Assembly (NCBI GenBank): GCA_015059545.1
Contig: SVAG01000006.1
Coordinates: 723-64,722 of the forward strand
Direction of reading: 5' to 3'
Source of the DNA: Lactobacillales bacterium
GTDB taxonomy: Bacteria; Bacillota_I; Bacilli_A; RF39; UBA660
Length of the DNA: 64,000 nt
Shown here: one piece after another, positions 55,654 through 64,000 of the stretch
Position numbering within the stretch: position 1 is the first letter of the stretch
Layout: every line of letters starts with the position of its first letter
Made by a program: the position numbers and the translations under genes
Notes under the pieces: model-generated
What the model was told of the DNA's origin: nothing
What the model saw: the letters and a program-made list of their open reading frames with translations, nothing else
Database searches by the model: none

Positions 55654-56239
55654 TGCATCTAAAAGAATAATTGCTTATATAATAGATTTTATATTTATAT
55701 CAGCAATTTTAATGATAGTTTCATACTTTATACCTAAAAACAGTAATGTAGAATTTTTAAATAATGATATAAATAATTTAACAGAACAAGTTTTAAATAA
55801 TGAAATAACATTTGAATCTTATGCAAGAGAATATTCTATATATTTAAGTAGTATAGATAAAGAAAATGTTATTTATAATGTTATAAGCGTAGTAATAATG
55901 CTTGTATATTATGTAATAATACCAGTAATATTTAAAGCTACGTTAGGTAAGTATATAATGAAATTAGAAATTAAAAATAAAGATGGAAAGAAACTAAATT
56001 TATATAATACATTTATAAGAAGTGTAGTTACTGAAGGAATGCTATATTCGTTAATTACAATTTTTTTAGTACAAATTGTTAGTAGTAAGACATATTTGTT
56101 AAATTTAATTATTTTAGGATTTATAGAGTTTATACTAGTAATTATAAGTCTTTTTATGATATTATATAGACGAGACAAAAGAGGACTACATGATATTTTA
56201 AGTAGAAGTATTGTAGTCGACAAAGAGGTGAAAGAATGA
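55643..56239 (+). CDS. RDD-family membrane protein
   Basis: 3 TM, a C-terminal RRDKRGLHD motif (RDD), and overlaps with both neighbours. Confidence 0.6.
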   Translation: MSANASKRIIAYIIDFIFISAILMIVSYFIPKNSNVEFLNNDINNLTEQVLNNEITFESYAREYSIYLSSIDKENVIYNVISVVIMLVYYVIIPVIFKATLGKYIMKLEIKNKDGKKLNLYNTFIRSVVTEGMLYSLITIFLVQIVSSKTYLLNLIILGFIEFILVIISLFMILYRRDKRGLHDILSRSIVVDKEVKE

Positions 56240-57723
56240 GAGAATTTACAGAACAAGAATTAGTAAGAAGAGAAAAATTAGAAAAATTAAAAGAACTTAA
56301 TTTAGATCCATTTGGACAAGCATTTAAAAGAGATGCTTATGCTTTAGATTTAAAAGAAAAATATAAAGATATTGATCATGAAGAATTTGATAATATGGAT
56401 GATACTGCTACTGTAGCAGGAAGAATTATGTTTATAAGAAAAATGGGTAAAGCTTCTTTCTTTACAATTAAAGATAAAACTGGACCTATTCAAATATATA
56501 TATCAATTAATGATATAGGAGAAGATAAATATAATTTATTTAAATCAGCAGATATTGGAGATATCGTTGGTGTACATGGTAAAGTTATGAAAACTAAAAC
56601 TGGAGAAGTTACAATTAAATGTTTAGAATATACACATTTAGTTAAATCATTAAAACCACTTCCAGAAAAATTCCATGGACTTACAGATATAGAAGAAAGA
56701 TATAGAAGACGTTATGTTGATTTAATAATGAATGATGAATCAAGAAAAGTAGCATTTACTCGTCCTAAAATTATTAGATGTATTCAAAATTATATGGATT
56801 CATTAGGATTTACAGAAGTAGAAACTCCAGTACTTACAACATTACTTACAGGAGCATCTGCTCGTCCATTTATAACTCATCATAATACACAAAACTTAGA
56901 TATGTATTTACGTATAGCTTTAGAATTACCACTTAAAAGATTATTAGTTGGTGGAATGGAAGCCGTATATGAAATAGGAAGAGTATTTAGAAATGAAGGT
57001 ATGGATCCAAGACACAATCCAGAATTTACTTTAATGGAAGCTTATTTAGCTTATTCTAATTTAGAAGGTATGATGGATTTAACTGAAAATATGTTTCAAA
57101 AAATTGCTAAAGAAGTAACAGGTAAAATGATATATAACTGGAATGGACATGAAATTAATCTAGAAGGGCCATGGAAAAGAATTAGCATGGTAGATTCTAT
57201 AAAAGAAGTAACAGGAATTGATTTCAAAAAAGAAATGACTGTTGAAGAAGCTTTAGAATTAGCTAAAGAACACAATATTGAAGTACAAGATCATGAAAAA
57301 ACAGTAGGACATATTATTAATTTATTCTTTGAAAAATATGTAGAAGAAACTTTAATTCAACCTACATTCCTATATGGTCATCCAGTAGAAATATCTCCAC
57401 TTACTAAGAAAAATCCAGAAGATCCTAGATTTGTAGATAGATTTGAATTATTTATAGATGGAAAAGAATTTGCTAATGCATATACAGAATTAAATGATCC
57501 AATTGATCAATTAGAAAGATTTGAAGATCAATTAAAAGAAAAAAATCTTGGTAATGATGAAGCAAATGATATCGATATGGATTTCGTAGAAGCTTTAGAA
57601 TATGGTATGCCACCAGCAGGTGGAATTGGATATGGTATTGATAGATTAGTAATGTTATTTACTGAATCAGAATCAATAAGAGACGTTATTTTATTCCCAA
57701 CAATGAAACCAATAGATAAATAA
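56236..57723 (+). CDS. lysS: Lysine--tRNA ligase (class II)
   Basis: OB-fold N-terminus, class II motifs (..FRNEG.., [15 protein letters not shown]). 495 aa. Confidence 0.92.
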   Translation: MREFTEQELVRREKLEKLKELNLDPFGQAFKRDAYALDLKEKYKDIDHEEFDNMDDTATVAGRIMFIRKMGKASFFTIKDKTGPIQIYISINDIGEDKYNLFKSADIGDIVGVHGKVMKTKTGEVTIKCLEYTHLVKSLKPLPEKFHGLTDIEERYRRRYVDLIMNDESRKVAFTRPKIIRCIQNYMDSLGFTEVETPVLTTLLTGASARPFITHHNTQNLDMYLRIALELPLKRLLVGGMEAVYEIGRVFRNEGMDPRHNPEFTLMEAYLAYSNLEGMMDLTENMFQKIAKEVTGKMIYNWNGHEINLEGPWKRISMVDSIKEVTGIDFKKEMTVEEALELAKEHNIEVQDHEKTVGHIINLFFEKYVEETLIQPTFLYGHPVEISPLTKKNPEDPRFVDRFELFIDGKEFANAYTELNDPIDQLERFEDQLKEKNLGNDEANDIDMDFVEALEYGMPPAGGIGYGIDRLVMLFTESESIRDVILFPTMKPIDK

Positions 57724-57724
57724 T

Positions 57725-58258
57725 ATGAAACTTTATTTAGTAAGACATGGACAAACTGAAAAAAATGTATTAGGTTTAGTTCAAGGTCAAACAGAAGCTG
57801 ACTTAACAGAAAAAGGAATAAAAGAAGCAGAAAAATTGCAAGAATTAATTGAATCATTAAATATTGATGTAGTTATTTCTTCTCCACTTAGAAGAGCAAA
57901 AGATACAGCAAAAATTATTACAAATAACAAATATCCTATAAATATAGATGATAGAATAATTGAAAGAAGTTGGGGACTTAGAGAAGGTGTTAATGTTGAA
58001 CTTCTCGATACTACAAAATGTTGGAATTTTAACTTAAATGATGGTGATCATCAAATAGAAAAAGTTCAAGATTTTATGAAAAGAATATCAGAGTTTATAG
58101 AAGATATTAGAGCTAAACATAAAGATAAAAAAGTATTAGTAGTAGCTCATAGTGCTGTATTAAGAGGTGCGCATTATTTAATAAATGGTGTTCCAGAAGA
58201 TGGAGATATGAGTAAAATAGAAATACCAAATTTAAGAATAATAGAATATGAAATATAG
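57725..58258 (+). CDS. Histidine-phosphatase (phosphoglycerate-mutase-like) family protein
   Basis: LYLVRHGQTEKN, the RHG catalytic motif. 177 aa. Confidence 0.8.
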   Translation: MKLYLVRHGQTEKNVLGLVQGQTEADLTEKGIKEAEKLQELIESLNIDVVISSPLRRAKDTAKIITNNKYPINIDDRIIERSWGLREGVNVELLDTTKCWNFNLNDGDHQIEKVQDFMKRISEFIEDIRAKHKDKKVLVVAHSAVLRGAHYLINGVPEDGDMSKIEIPNLRIIEYEI

Positions 58259-58272
58259 AAAAGAGGAATTAT

Positions 58273-59448
58273 ATGAAAATATTAACAATTAATGCAGGAA
58301 GTTCATCAATGAAATTTAGCGTAATGGAAATACCAGAAGGAAAAGAATTAATAAATGGATATTTCCAAAGAATAGGTTTAGAAGGATCATTCTATGATGT
58401 AAAAATAAATGGTGAAAAATTACATAGAGATGAAGTATTAACTAATCATTTAGAAGCATTAGAATGTATTAAAAAAGAATTAGTAGAATTAAATGTCGTA
58501 GAAAACTTAGATGAAATAGATGCTGTTGGACATAGATTAGTTCATGGTGGAGAAAAATTCAAAAATTCAACACTTATTACAGATGAAGTAATTGAAGAAT
58601 GTAAGAAATTTACTAAATTAGCACCACTTCATAATCCAGCTATGTTAGCTTGTATTGAAGCTGCTAAACAAGCATTCCCAAATCAACCAATGGTTGCTGT
58701 ATTTGATACATCATTCCATCAAACAATGGATAAAGCAAATTTCTTATATCCAGTTCCATATGATTGGTATACAAAATATGGTGTAAGAAAATATGGATTC
58801 CATGGAACAAGCCATAAATTTATAAATAGAGAAATATCTAAACATTTAAATAGAGATGACTTAAAAGTGATTTCATGTCATATTGGTAGTGGAGCAAGTA
58901 TTTGTGCTATAGACTCAGGAAAAGTAGTTGATACTTCAATGGGATTTAGTCCAATGACAGGAATTATGATGGGTACAAGACCAGGTGATGTTGATCCATC
59001 AATCGTAACTTATGTTGCTGAAGAAGAAGGAACTTCTGTAGAAGAAGTAATGACAATGTTAAATAAACATAGTGGATCAGAAGGTATTTGTGGTAAATCA
59101 GATTCAAGAGATATTGAAGATGGTATCAAAGCTGGAGATGAATTATGTATTTTAGCACAAGAAATGTATGCAAGAAGAATTGCTAACTATGTAGCTATGT
59201 ATAATAATGAACTTAATGGAGCAGATGTAATTGTTTTAACTGCAGGAATTGGAGAAAATTCTAAAGATACAAGAAAAGATATAATTGAACATATCCAATC
59301 ATTAGGCGTTAAATTAGATGAAGAAAAGAACAACTTTAGAGGTGAATTTAGACTTATATCAACAGAAGATTCTAAAATACCTGTATATGTAATTCCAACA
59401 AATGAAGAATTAATGATTGCATTAGATACTTATGAATTAATAAAATAG
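58273..59448 (+). CDS. ackA: Acetate kinase
   Basis: MKILTINAGSSSMKF N-terminus, GFHGTSH and ..GIGEN.. motifs. 391 aa. Confidence 0.85.
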   Translation: MKILTINAGSSSMKFSVMEIPEGKELINGYFQRIGLEGSFYDVKINGEKLHRDEVLTNHLEALECIKKELVELNVVENLDEIDAVGHRLVHGGEKFKNSTLITDEVIEECKKFTKLAPLHNPAMLACIEAAKQAFPNQPMVAVFDTSFHQTMDKANFLYPVPYDWYTKYGVRKYGFHGTSHKFINREISKHLNRDDLKVISCHIGSGASICAIDSGKVVDTSMGFSPMTGIMMGTRPGDVDPSIVTYVAEEEGTSVEEVMTMLNKHSGSEGICGKSDSRDIEDGIKAGDELCILAQEMYARRIANYVAMYNNELNGADVIVLTAGIGENSKDTRKDIIEHIQSLGVKLDEEKNNFRGEFRLISTEDSKIPVYVIPTNEELMIALDTYELIK

Positions 59449-59451
59449 GAT

Positions 59452-60429
59452 GTGAATAAAATGGGAAACACAATATATAGAAAAATATATAATGCTATAA
59501 AAAAATACGATAATATTGTAATAGCACGTCATGTAGGACCAGATCCAGATGCACTTGGAAGTAGTATGGGACTTAAAGATATAATACAAAATACTTTTCC
59601 AAATAAAAAAGTTTATGTAGTTGGATGTTCAGCTGCTAAATTTAGATATTTTGGAAATTTAGATAAATGTCCAGATGATACTTCTAAAATGTTACTTATA
59701 GTAACTGATACACCAGATAAAGGTAGAGTAGATTCAGCAATTCCTAATGAATTTGCTTATAGTATTAAAATAGATCATCATCCATTTATAGAAGAATTCT
59801 GTGATATAGAATGGATAGATGAAGAAGCTAGTAGTGCATCACAAATGGTTATGGAGCTAGCGTTTAATACAAAATTAAAAATGAGTAAAAGCGCAGCTGA
59901 AAAACTATTTATTGGTTTAGTTGCAGATACAGATCGTTTCCTATTTTCATATACAACTCCTAAAACTTTTGATTTAATATCAAAGCTTATTAAAGAAACA
60001 AAATTAGATTTTACACCTTTATATAAAAAACTATATATGAGACCATTTAAAGAAATAAGATTTCATGGTTTCTTAGAAGATAATTTAAATATCACTAAAA
60101 ATGGTTTTGCTTATATAAAAATAACAGAGGAAATATTAGAAAGATATGGAGTAGATGCTGCAACTGCTGGTAATATGGTTAATGATTTTAATTATATTGA
60201 AAATGTAGAAGCATGGGCAGTATTTTCATATGATAGAGTTAATAATAATATAAGAGGATCTATTAGATCAAGAGGACCTGTTATTAATGAAGTTGCTAGT
60301 AAATATAATGGTGGAGGACACAAATTTGCTAGTGGGGTAAGAGTAAAAGATTTTGATGAAGTAGATAAATTAATTAAAGACTTAGATCAAGTTTGTTTAG
60401 AATATAAAGACTTAGATGATAATATCTAA
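59452..60429 (+). CDS. nrnA: DHH/DHHA1 phosphoesterase, NrnA-type bifunctional oligoribonuclease/pAp phosphatase
   Basis: IARHVGPDPDALGS (motif I/II), KIDHHP (DHH), and a C-terminal GGGHKFASG (DHHA1). Confidence 0.8.
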   Translation: MNKMGNTIYRKIYNAIKKYDNIVIARHVGPDPDALGSSMGLKDIIQNTFPNKKVYVVGCSAAKFRYFGNLDKCPDDTSKMLLIVTDTPDKGRVDSAIPNEFAYSIKIDHHPFIEEFCDIEWIDEEASSASQMVMELAFNTKLKMSKSAAEKLFIGLVADTDRFLFSYTTPKTFDLISKLIKETKLDFTPLYKKLYMRPFKEIRFHGFLEDNLNITKNGFAYIKITEEILERYGVDAATAGNMVNDFNYIENVEAWAVFSYDRVNNNIRGSIRSRGPVINEVASKYNGGGHKFASGVRVKDFDEVDKLIKDLDQVCLEYKDLDDNI

Positions 60430-60434
60430 GTCTT
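60400..60434 (+). terminator. Rho-independent terminator overlapping the nrnA 3' end
   Basis: aagacttagat-gataat-atctaagtctt hairpin followed by a T7 run. Confidence 0.7.
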
Positions 60435-60504
60435 TTTTTATTGTAGTAACAACTTTAGATTTGTGGTATACTATTAATATAGTTGATAATAAGGGAAGTG
60501 TTGT

Positions 60505-61483
60505 AATGCTAACTATTGATGAAATAAATTTTTATATAAATAAGTATAATATCGTTGATGGTAATGTATATATAAAAGAAAACAATCAACAAGTTTTTGA
60601 TGAAGATATAATTCTTAAAGCAAAATCATCACGTTTAATATATAATGAAGCCCATTTACTTTATAATAATGACATAAAACAATTTGGCAAAACAAACAAT
60701 GATGCTAGTTATTATATAAAAAAAATAATGGAACGATTATCAGTAAACAATGAGATTAATAGTTATGGTACTAATAAATTAATTAATGCATTATTATCTT
60801 CGAATGGACAATATGAAGAAATGATGAGTGGTAGTAATTTAAATGAAAGTAAGTTTTCGATGTTTTGTGATCAAAAATACGATTATGGAATAGCATATTT
60901 GAGAATGAAATTTAGAGAAAATAAATTAGATATTGATAGTTTTGAAATAAAACAAGATTTATCTGAAATACAACATAATGGTGTTTCTAAGGTAATTATA
61001 AATTTTAAAATAAAACCATATGAAAAAAAACAAGAAAATATTCATAGTATTCAGGGTGATGATAGAAAAAAATATGCTGAAGAACAGTTAGCAATTGCAA
61101 TTCAAAAAAATGATGATGCAATGATATCATATTGGAATACAATGATTAGTAATTTAAATAAAAATTTAGTATTTTCACATCCAAAAGCAGACATTTTAAA
61201 TGAATTAGAGACTATGAAAAAACAAGCAGCAAAATTGGATGACGATGTGACTGTAAATTATTATCAATCTAATATTAATAAGATATTAACAGAAAATCCG
61301 ATTGAAATAACACAAGAAGAGTGGGATATGATGGATTATGATGCAAGACGTAGATTTTTAAATTTAAAAATGAAAGAGGCAAAAGCTTTAAATGATGAAG
61401 ATTCTTTCAATTATTGGCGTGCAAATATGATTTCATTAGAAGAAAAAAATACAGAATTATCACAAGGAGTACATAAAAAATAG
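60505..61483 (+). CDS. Hypothetical protein (about 326 aa)
   Basis: A long ORF. MLTIDEINFY, with a GGGAAG RBS, is the plausible start. ORF-track 60416 is an upstream extension across a terminator. Confidence 0.45.
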
Positions 61484-61500
61484 TTAAAAACTATTTTTTT

Positions 61501-61890
61501 TTATAAATTAGGATTTCCACTTCCAATAATTATATTATAATTATCACCACATGATTTAATAACAACATATAATACAATTAATGTAGATACTAAAGATATT
61601 TCAGAAGCTAATACTTGTAGATTAGAAAGATTTAATTTTTTACCCTTTTGATTAGCTATTTTTCTATTATTATAACTTATGTATAAATAACTTAATGATA
61701 ATATAACTACTAATGTACGATTAAATATAGATATTTTAGAAGTATCTGGATATTTAATATTAGGATTAAGTGTTGATTTTTTATCAATAGTGGTAATATA
61801 TATAGATATTAATAAACTTATTATAAATATAGCTGTAGTTATATTTTGTAAATCTAAAAGATTAACTTCTTTTTGTTTTAATTCATCCAT
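61501..61890 (-). CDS. Small membrane protein (129 aa, 3 TM)
   Basis: Hydrophobic ORF overlapping the upstream deacetylase gene by 8 nt. Confidence 0.45.
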   Translation of the reverse strand: MDELKQKEVNLLDLQNITTAIFIISLLISIYITTIDKKSTLNPNIKYPDTSKISIFNRTLVVILSLSYLYISYNNRKIANQKGKKLNLSNLQVLASEISLVSTLIVLYVVIKSCGDNYNIIIGSGNPNL

Positions 61891-63148
61891 TACTTCTTAA
61901 CTTTTTAATTTCTTGTAATTCTCTAACTGTTACAAAAGTAAATCCTTGTTCTTTTAAAACAGGTATTATTTTTTTTACAGCATCTACTGTTCTTTTTCTT
62001 GTATCATGCATTAATATAATATCTAAATCTTTAGTATTTTTAGTAGCTCTTGATACTATTTTATCAACACTTTTATATTTCCAATCCATTGTATCAACAT
62101 TCCATAAAACAATATTTAAATTAATATTATTTCGCATATTATTATTTATTGAACCATATGTTGGTCTAAAATTAGTAGGTGTATAATTTAATGTTTCATA
62201 TATAATATCTTGTGTTTTAGTTATTTGATTATGTAATTCATCATTATTAACTTTTGTTAACCATTTATGATTATATGAATGATTACCTAATTCATTACCA
62301 TTTTTAATAGCTTTATTTAAAGTATCAGAATATATTTCTACTTTATTTCCGGTAATAAAAAATGTTCCAACCGCATCATTTTCTTTTAAAACATTAATTA
62401 ATTCATCTGTATATTTACTAGGGCCATCATCAAATGTTAAAGCAACTACTTTTTTATTAATATCAATAACATTATTAACAGGTACGTTTTGTTTGATTTT
62501 TTCTTTTTGGTTATTTTCAAATGATAAATTTATTTTATTTAAAGGTATTAATATCTCTATAATATCATCATAATTATCAGTTATTTCACTAGGATTGTAA
62601 TAAATATATAAATAATCATTATCTATACTAAATAATTCATAATTATATTCTATATTATTAAGTTCATTTATATTAATAAATTCACCATAATTTTTAATTA
62701 GATAAGTATTTATTATTTTAGGTATTTTTTTTATATTATCATTGTCTACTATATCATTTAAAGTTAATATTTTATTTTTATTAATATCATAGTTATATGT
62801 TTTTATATAGTTGATACTTGTATCTAATTTAGAACTATTAATATATATGTTTATAGTGATTGTAATTATATTATTATCAAGTTTATTATATGTATAATCA
62901 ATATTTAATTCTGACTTAGTAGTAAGATTTGAAAAACTTTCATATTCATCTTTAAAATTATTATAGATTATTTCAATATCTTTATTTATTAAATTATCAA
63001 TTTTTTTATAACCAGTAGTTGGATAATTAATTCCTACAATTATGTTTTTATTTTCTTCTATAACAGTATTAACATCTTCATTTATATCTTTTTTGCACCC
63101 ACTAAAAAGTAAAATAATTAAAGTAAAGATAAATATTTTTTTATACAT
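61883..63148 (-). CDS. Lipoprotein polysaccharide deacetylase (NodB homology domain) with an N-terminal unknown domain
   Basis: MYKKIFIFTLIILLFSGC lipobox. C-terminal VALTFDDGPSKYT...HSYNH... NodB motifs. 421 aa. Confidence 0.8.
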   Translation of the reverse strand: MYKKIFIFTLIILLFSGCKKDINEDVNTVIEENKNIIVGINYPTTGYKKIDNLINKDIEIIYNNFKDEYESFSNLTTKSELNIDYTYNKLDNNIITITINIYINSSKLDTSINYIKTYNYDINKNKILTLNDIVDNDNIKKIPKIINTYLIKNYGEFININELNNIEYNYELFSIDNDYLYIYYNPSEITDNYDDIIEILIPLNKINLSFENNQKEKIKQNVPVNNVIDINKKVVALTFDDGPSKYTDELINVLKENDAVGTFFITGNKVEIYSDTLNKAIKNGNELGNHSYNHKWLTKVNNDELHNQITKTQDIIYETLNYTPTNFRPTYGSINNNMRNNINLNIVLWNVDTMDWKYKSVDKIVSRATKNTKDLDIILMHDTRKRTVDAVKKIIPVLKEQGFTFVTVRELQEIKKLRSNG

Positions 63149-63341
63149 ATAATCACCTATAAAAGTATATTCAATATAAAAAAAATAATTAATATTATCA
63201 CAAATAGTCGAATAATGAAAAAATATGGTGTTTTTGTTAAAAAATAAGGGTAAATTACATAAAAAGTGTTGATTTTATTATAAAAAAATGGTATTCTTAA
63301 AATGTAAGCAAGATAGCTTAGAAATATAGGAGGTAATTAGA

Positions 63342-63614
63342 ATGTCAAAAACTGAATTAGTAAACTTTATTGCTGAAGAAGCAGGATTAACTAAAGCTGA
63401 TGCTACTCGTGCATATGATGCTATGGTTAAAGGAATTGAAAAAGGATTAAAAGCTGAAGGAAAAGTAACTTTAACTGGTTTCTTAACTTTCACTGCTAAG
63501 AAAAAAGCAGCTACTACAGCTCGTAATCCAAGAACTGGAGAAACTGTACCAGTTCCAGCAAGAACTGCAGTTACAATCAAAGCTGGTTCTAAATTAAAAG
63601 AAGCTTTAAACTAA
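63342..63614 (+). CDS. hup: DNA-binding protein HU
   Basis: MSKTELVNFIAEEAGLTKADA...ARNPRTGE..., the canonical HU. 90 aa. GGAGG RBS. Confidence 0.93.
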   Translation: MSKTELVNFIAEEAGLTKADATRAYDAMVKGIEKGLKAEGKVTLTGFLTFTAKKKAATTARNPRTGETVPVPARTAVTIKAGSKLKEALN

Positions 63615-63619
63615 TATAA

Positions 63620-63648
63620 AAAAGCCATTGGCTTTTTTTATTTTTTTT
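63620..63648 (+). terminator. Rho-independent terminator after hup
   Basis: aaagcc-attg-ggcttt followed by a long T-run. Confidence 0.7.
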
Positions 63649-63672
63649 GTTATGATTTAATTGGTGATATCT

Positions 63673-64000
63673 ATGTATGAAATAGCTTTAAATATTTTAA
63701 ATAAATTAGAAAAAGAAGGATTTAAATCATATATAGTTGGTGGTTATCCACGGGATAAATATATGAATAGAGAATCATTTGATATAGATATATGTACTAG
63801 TGCTAAAGTAGAAGATATAGAAAAATTATTTGATAATATTGATAAAACATATAGTAAATATGGTAATGTAATTATTAATATTGAAAATTATAAATTTGAA
63901 GTAACTACATTTAGAAGTGATATATATTTAAAAAATAGAAATGATGTTATTATTAGTTTTGTAGATACATTAGAAGAAGATTTGAAAAGAAGAGATTTTA
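63673..64000 (+). CDS. cca: CCA-adding tRNA nucleotidyltransferase / poly(A) polymerase head-domain protein; 3' partial, running off the window
   Basis: MYEIALNILNKLEKEGFKSYIVGGYPRDKYM...FDIDICT is the GG(x)RD..D.D nucleotidyltransferase head motif. The frame is open to nt 64000. Confidence 0.7.
   Translation, partial: MYEIALNILNKLEKEGFKSYIVGGYPRDKYMNRESFDIDICTSAKVEDIEKLFDNIDKTYSKYGNVIINIENYKFEVTTFRSDIYLKNRNDVIISFVDTLEEDLKRRDF

Noticed and set aside
55909-57857. ORFs 55909..56256(-) and 57528..57857(-)
   Set aside because: They are antisense within the RDD and lysS genes.
63278-63580. ORF 63278..63580(-)
   Set aside because: It is antisense to hup (HU), which is unmistakable.

Overview
This is a 64-kb chromosomal window from a very AT-rich, spore-forming Firmicute that looks Clostridia-like. 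The evidence is gerA-type germination genes, cwlD, cwlJ/sleB-type hydrolases and an agr-type quorum-sensing locus. Housekeeping content is dense and includes the conserved ecfA1-ecfA2-ecfT-truA-rplM-rpsI cluster, cwlD, htrA, a CBS-domain pyrophosphatase, a P-type ATPase, csp, hpf, three tRNAs, a gerA operon, rlmD, topB, dusB-lysS, ackA, nrnA and hup. Several accessory blocks are interleaved with these. The most notable block (about 11.1-15.8 kb) resembles a TapA-SipW-TasA fibre operon but is atypical. It carries a SipW/Sec11-type signal peptidase catalytic domain fused behind an N-terminal polytopic membrane domain of about 290 aa. It is flanked by three secreted proteins that share a distinctive signal-region motif (SVGYAALAQ / SVGYSLLSQ). 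One of these has two CBM2-like beta-sandwich domains joined by a perfect (GGDNT)x~20 linker, which is encoded by a 300-bp array of a 15-bp repeat. Other findings are a complete convergent agr-like locus with a 40-aa AgrD propeptide gene absent from the ORF track, and a 1.56-kb insertion that splits a rhuM-family gene. That insertion carries a KilA-N gene and a DUF4406-like gene and has 20-bp direct repeats internally. There is also an apparently solitary MvaI/BcnI-like restriction endonuclease beside tRNA-Arg/Pro, a solitary Abi_2 gene inside the cwlD-htrA neighbourhood, and a P-loop/P-loop/HAD triplet. I ran no database searches. Family assignments rest on motifs I could recognise by eye.
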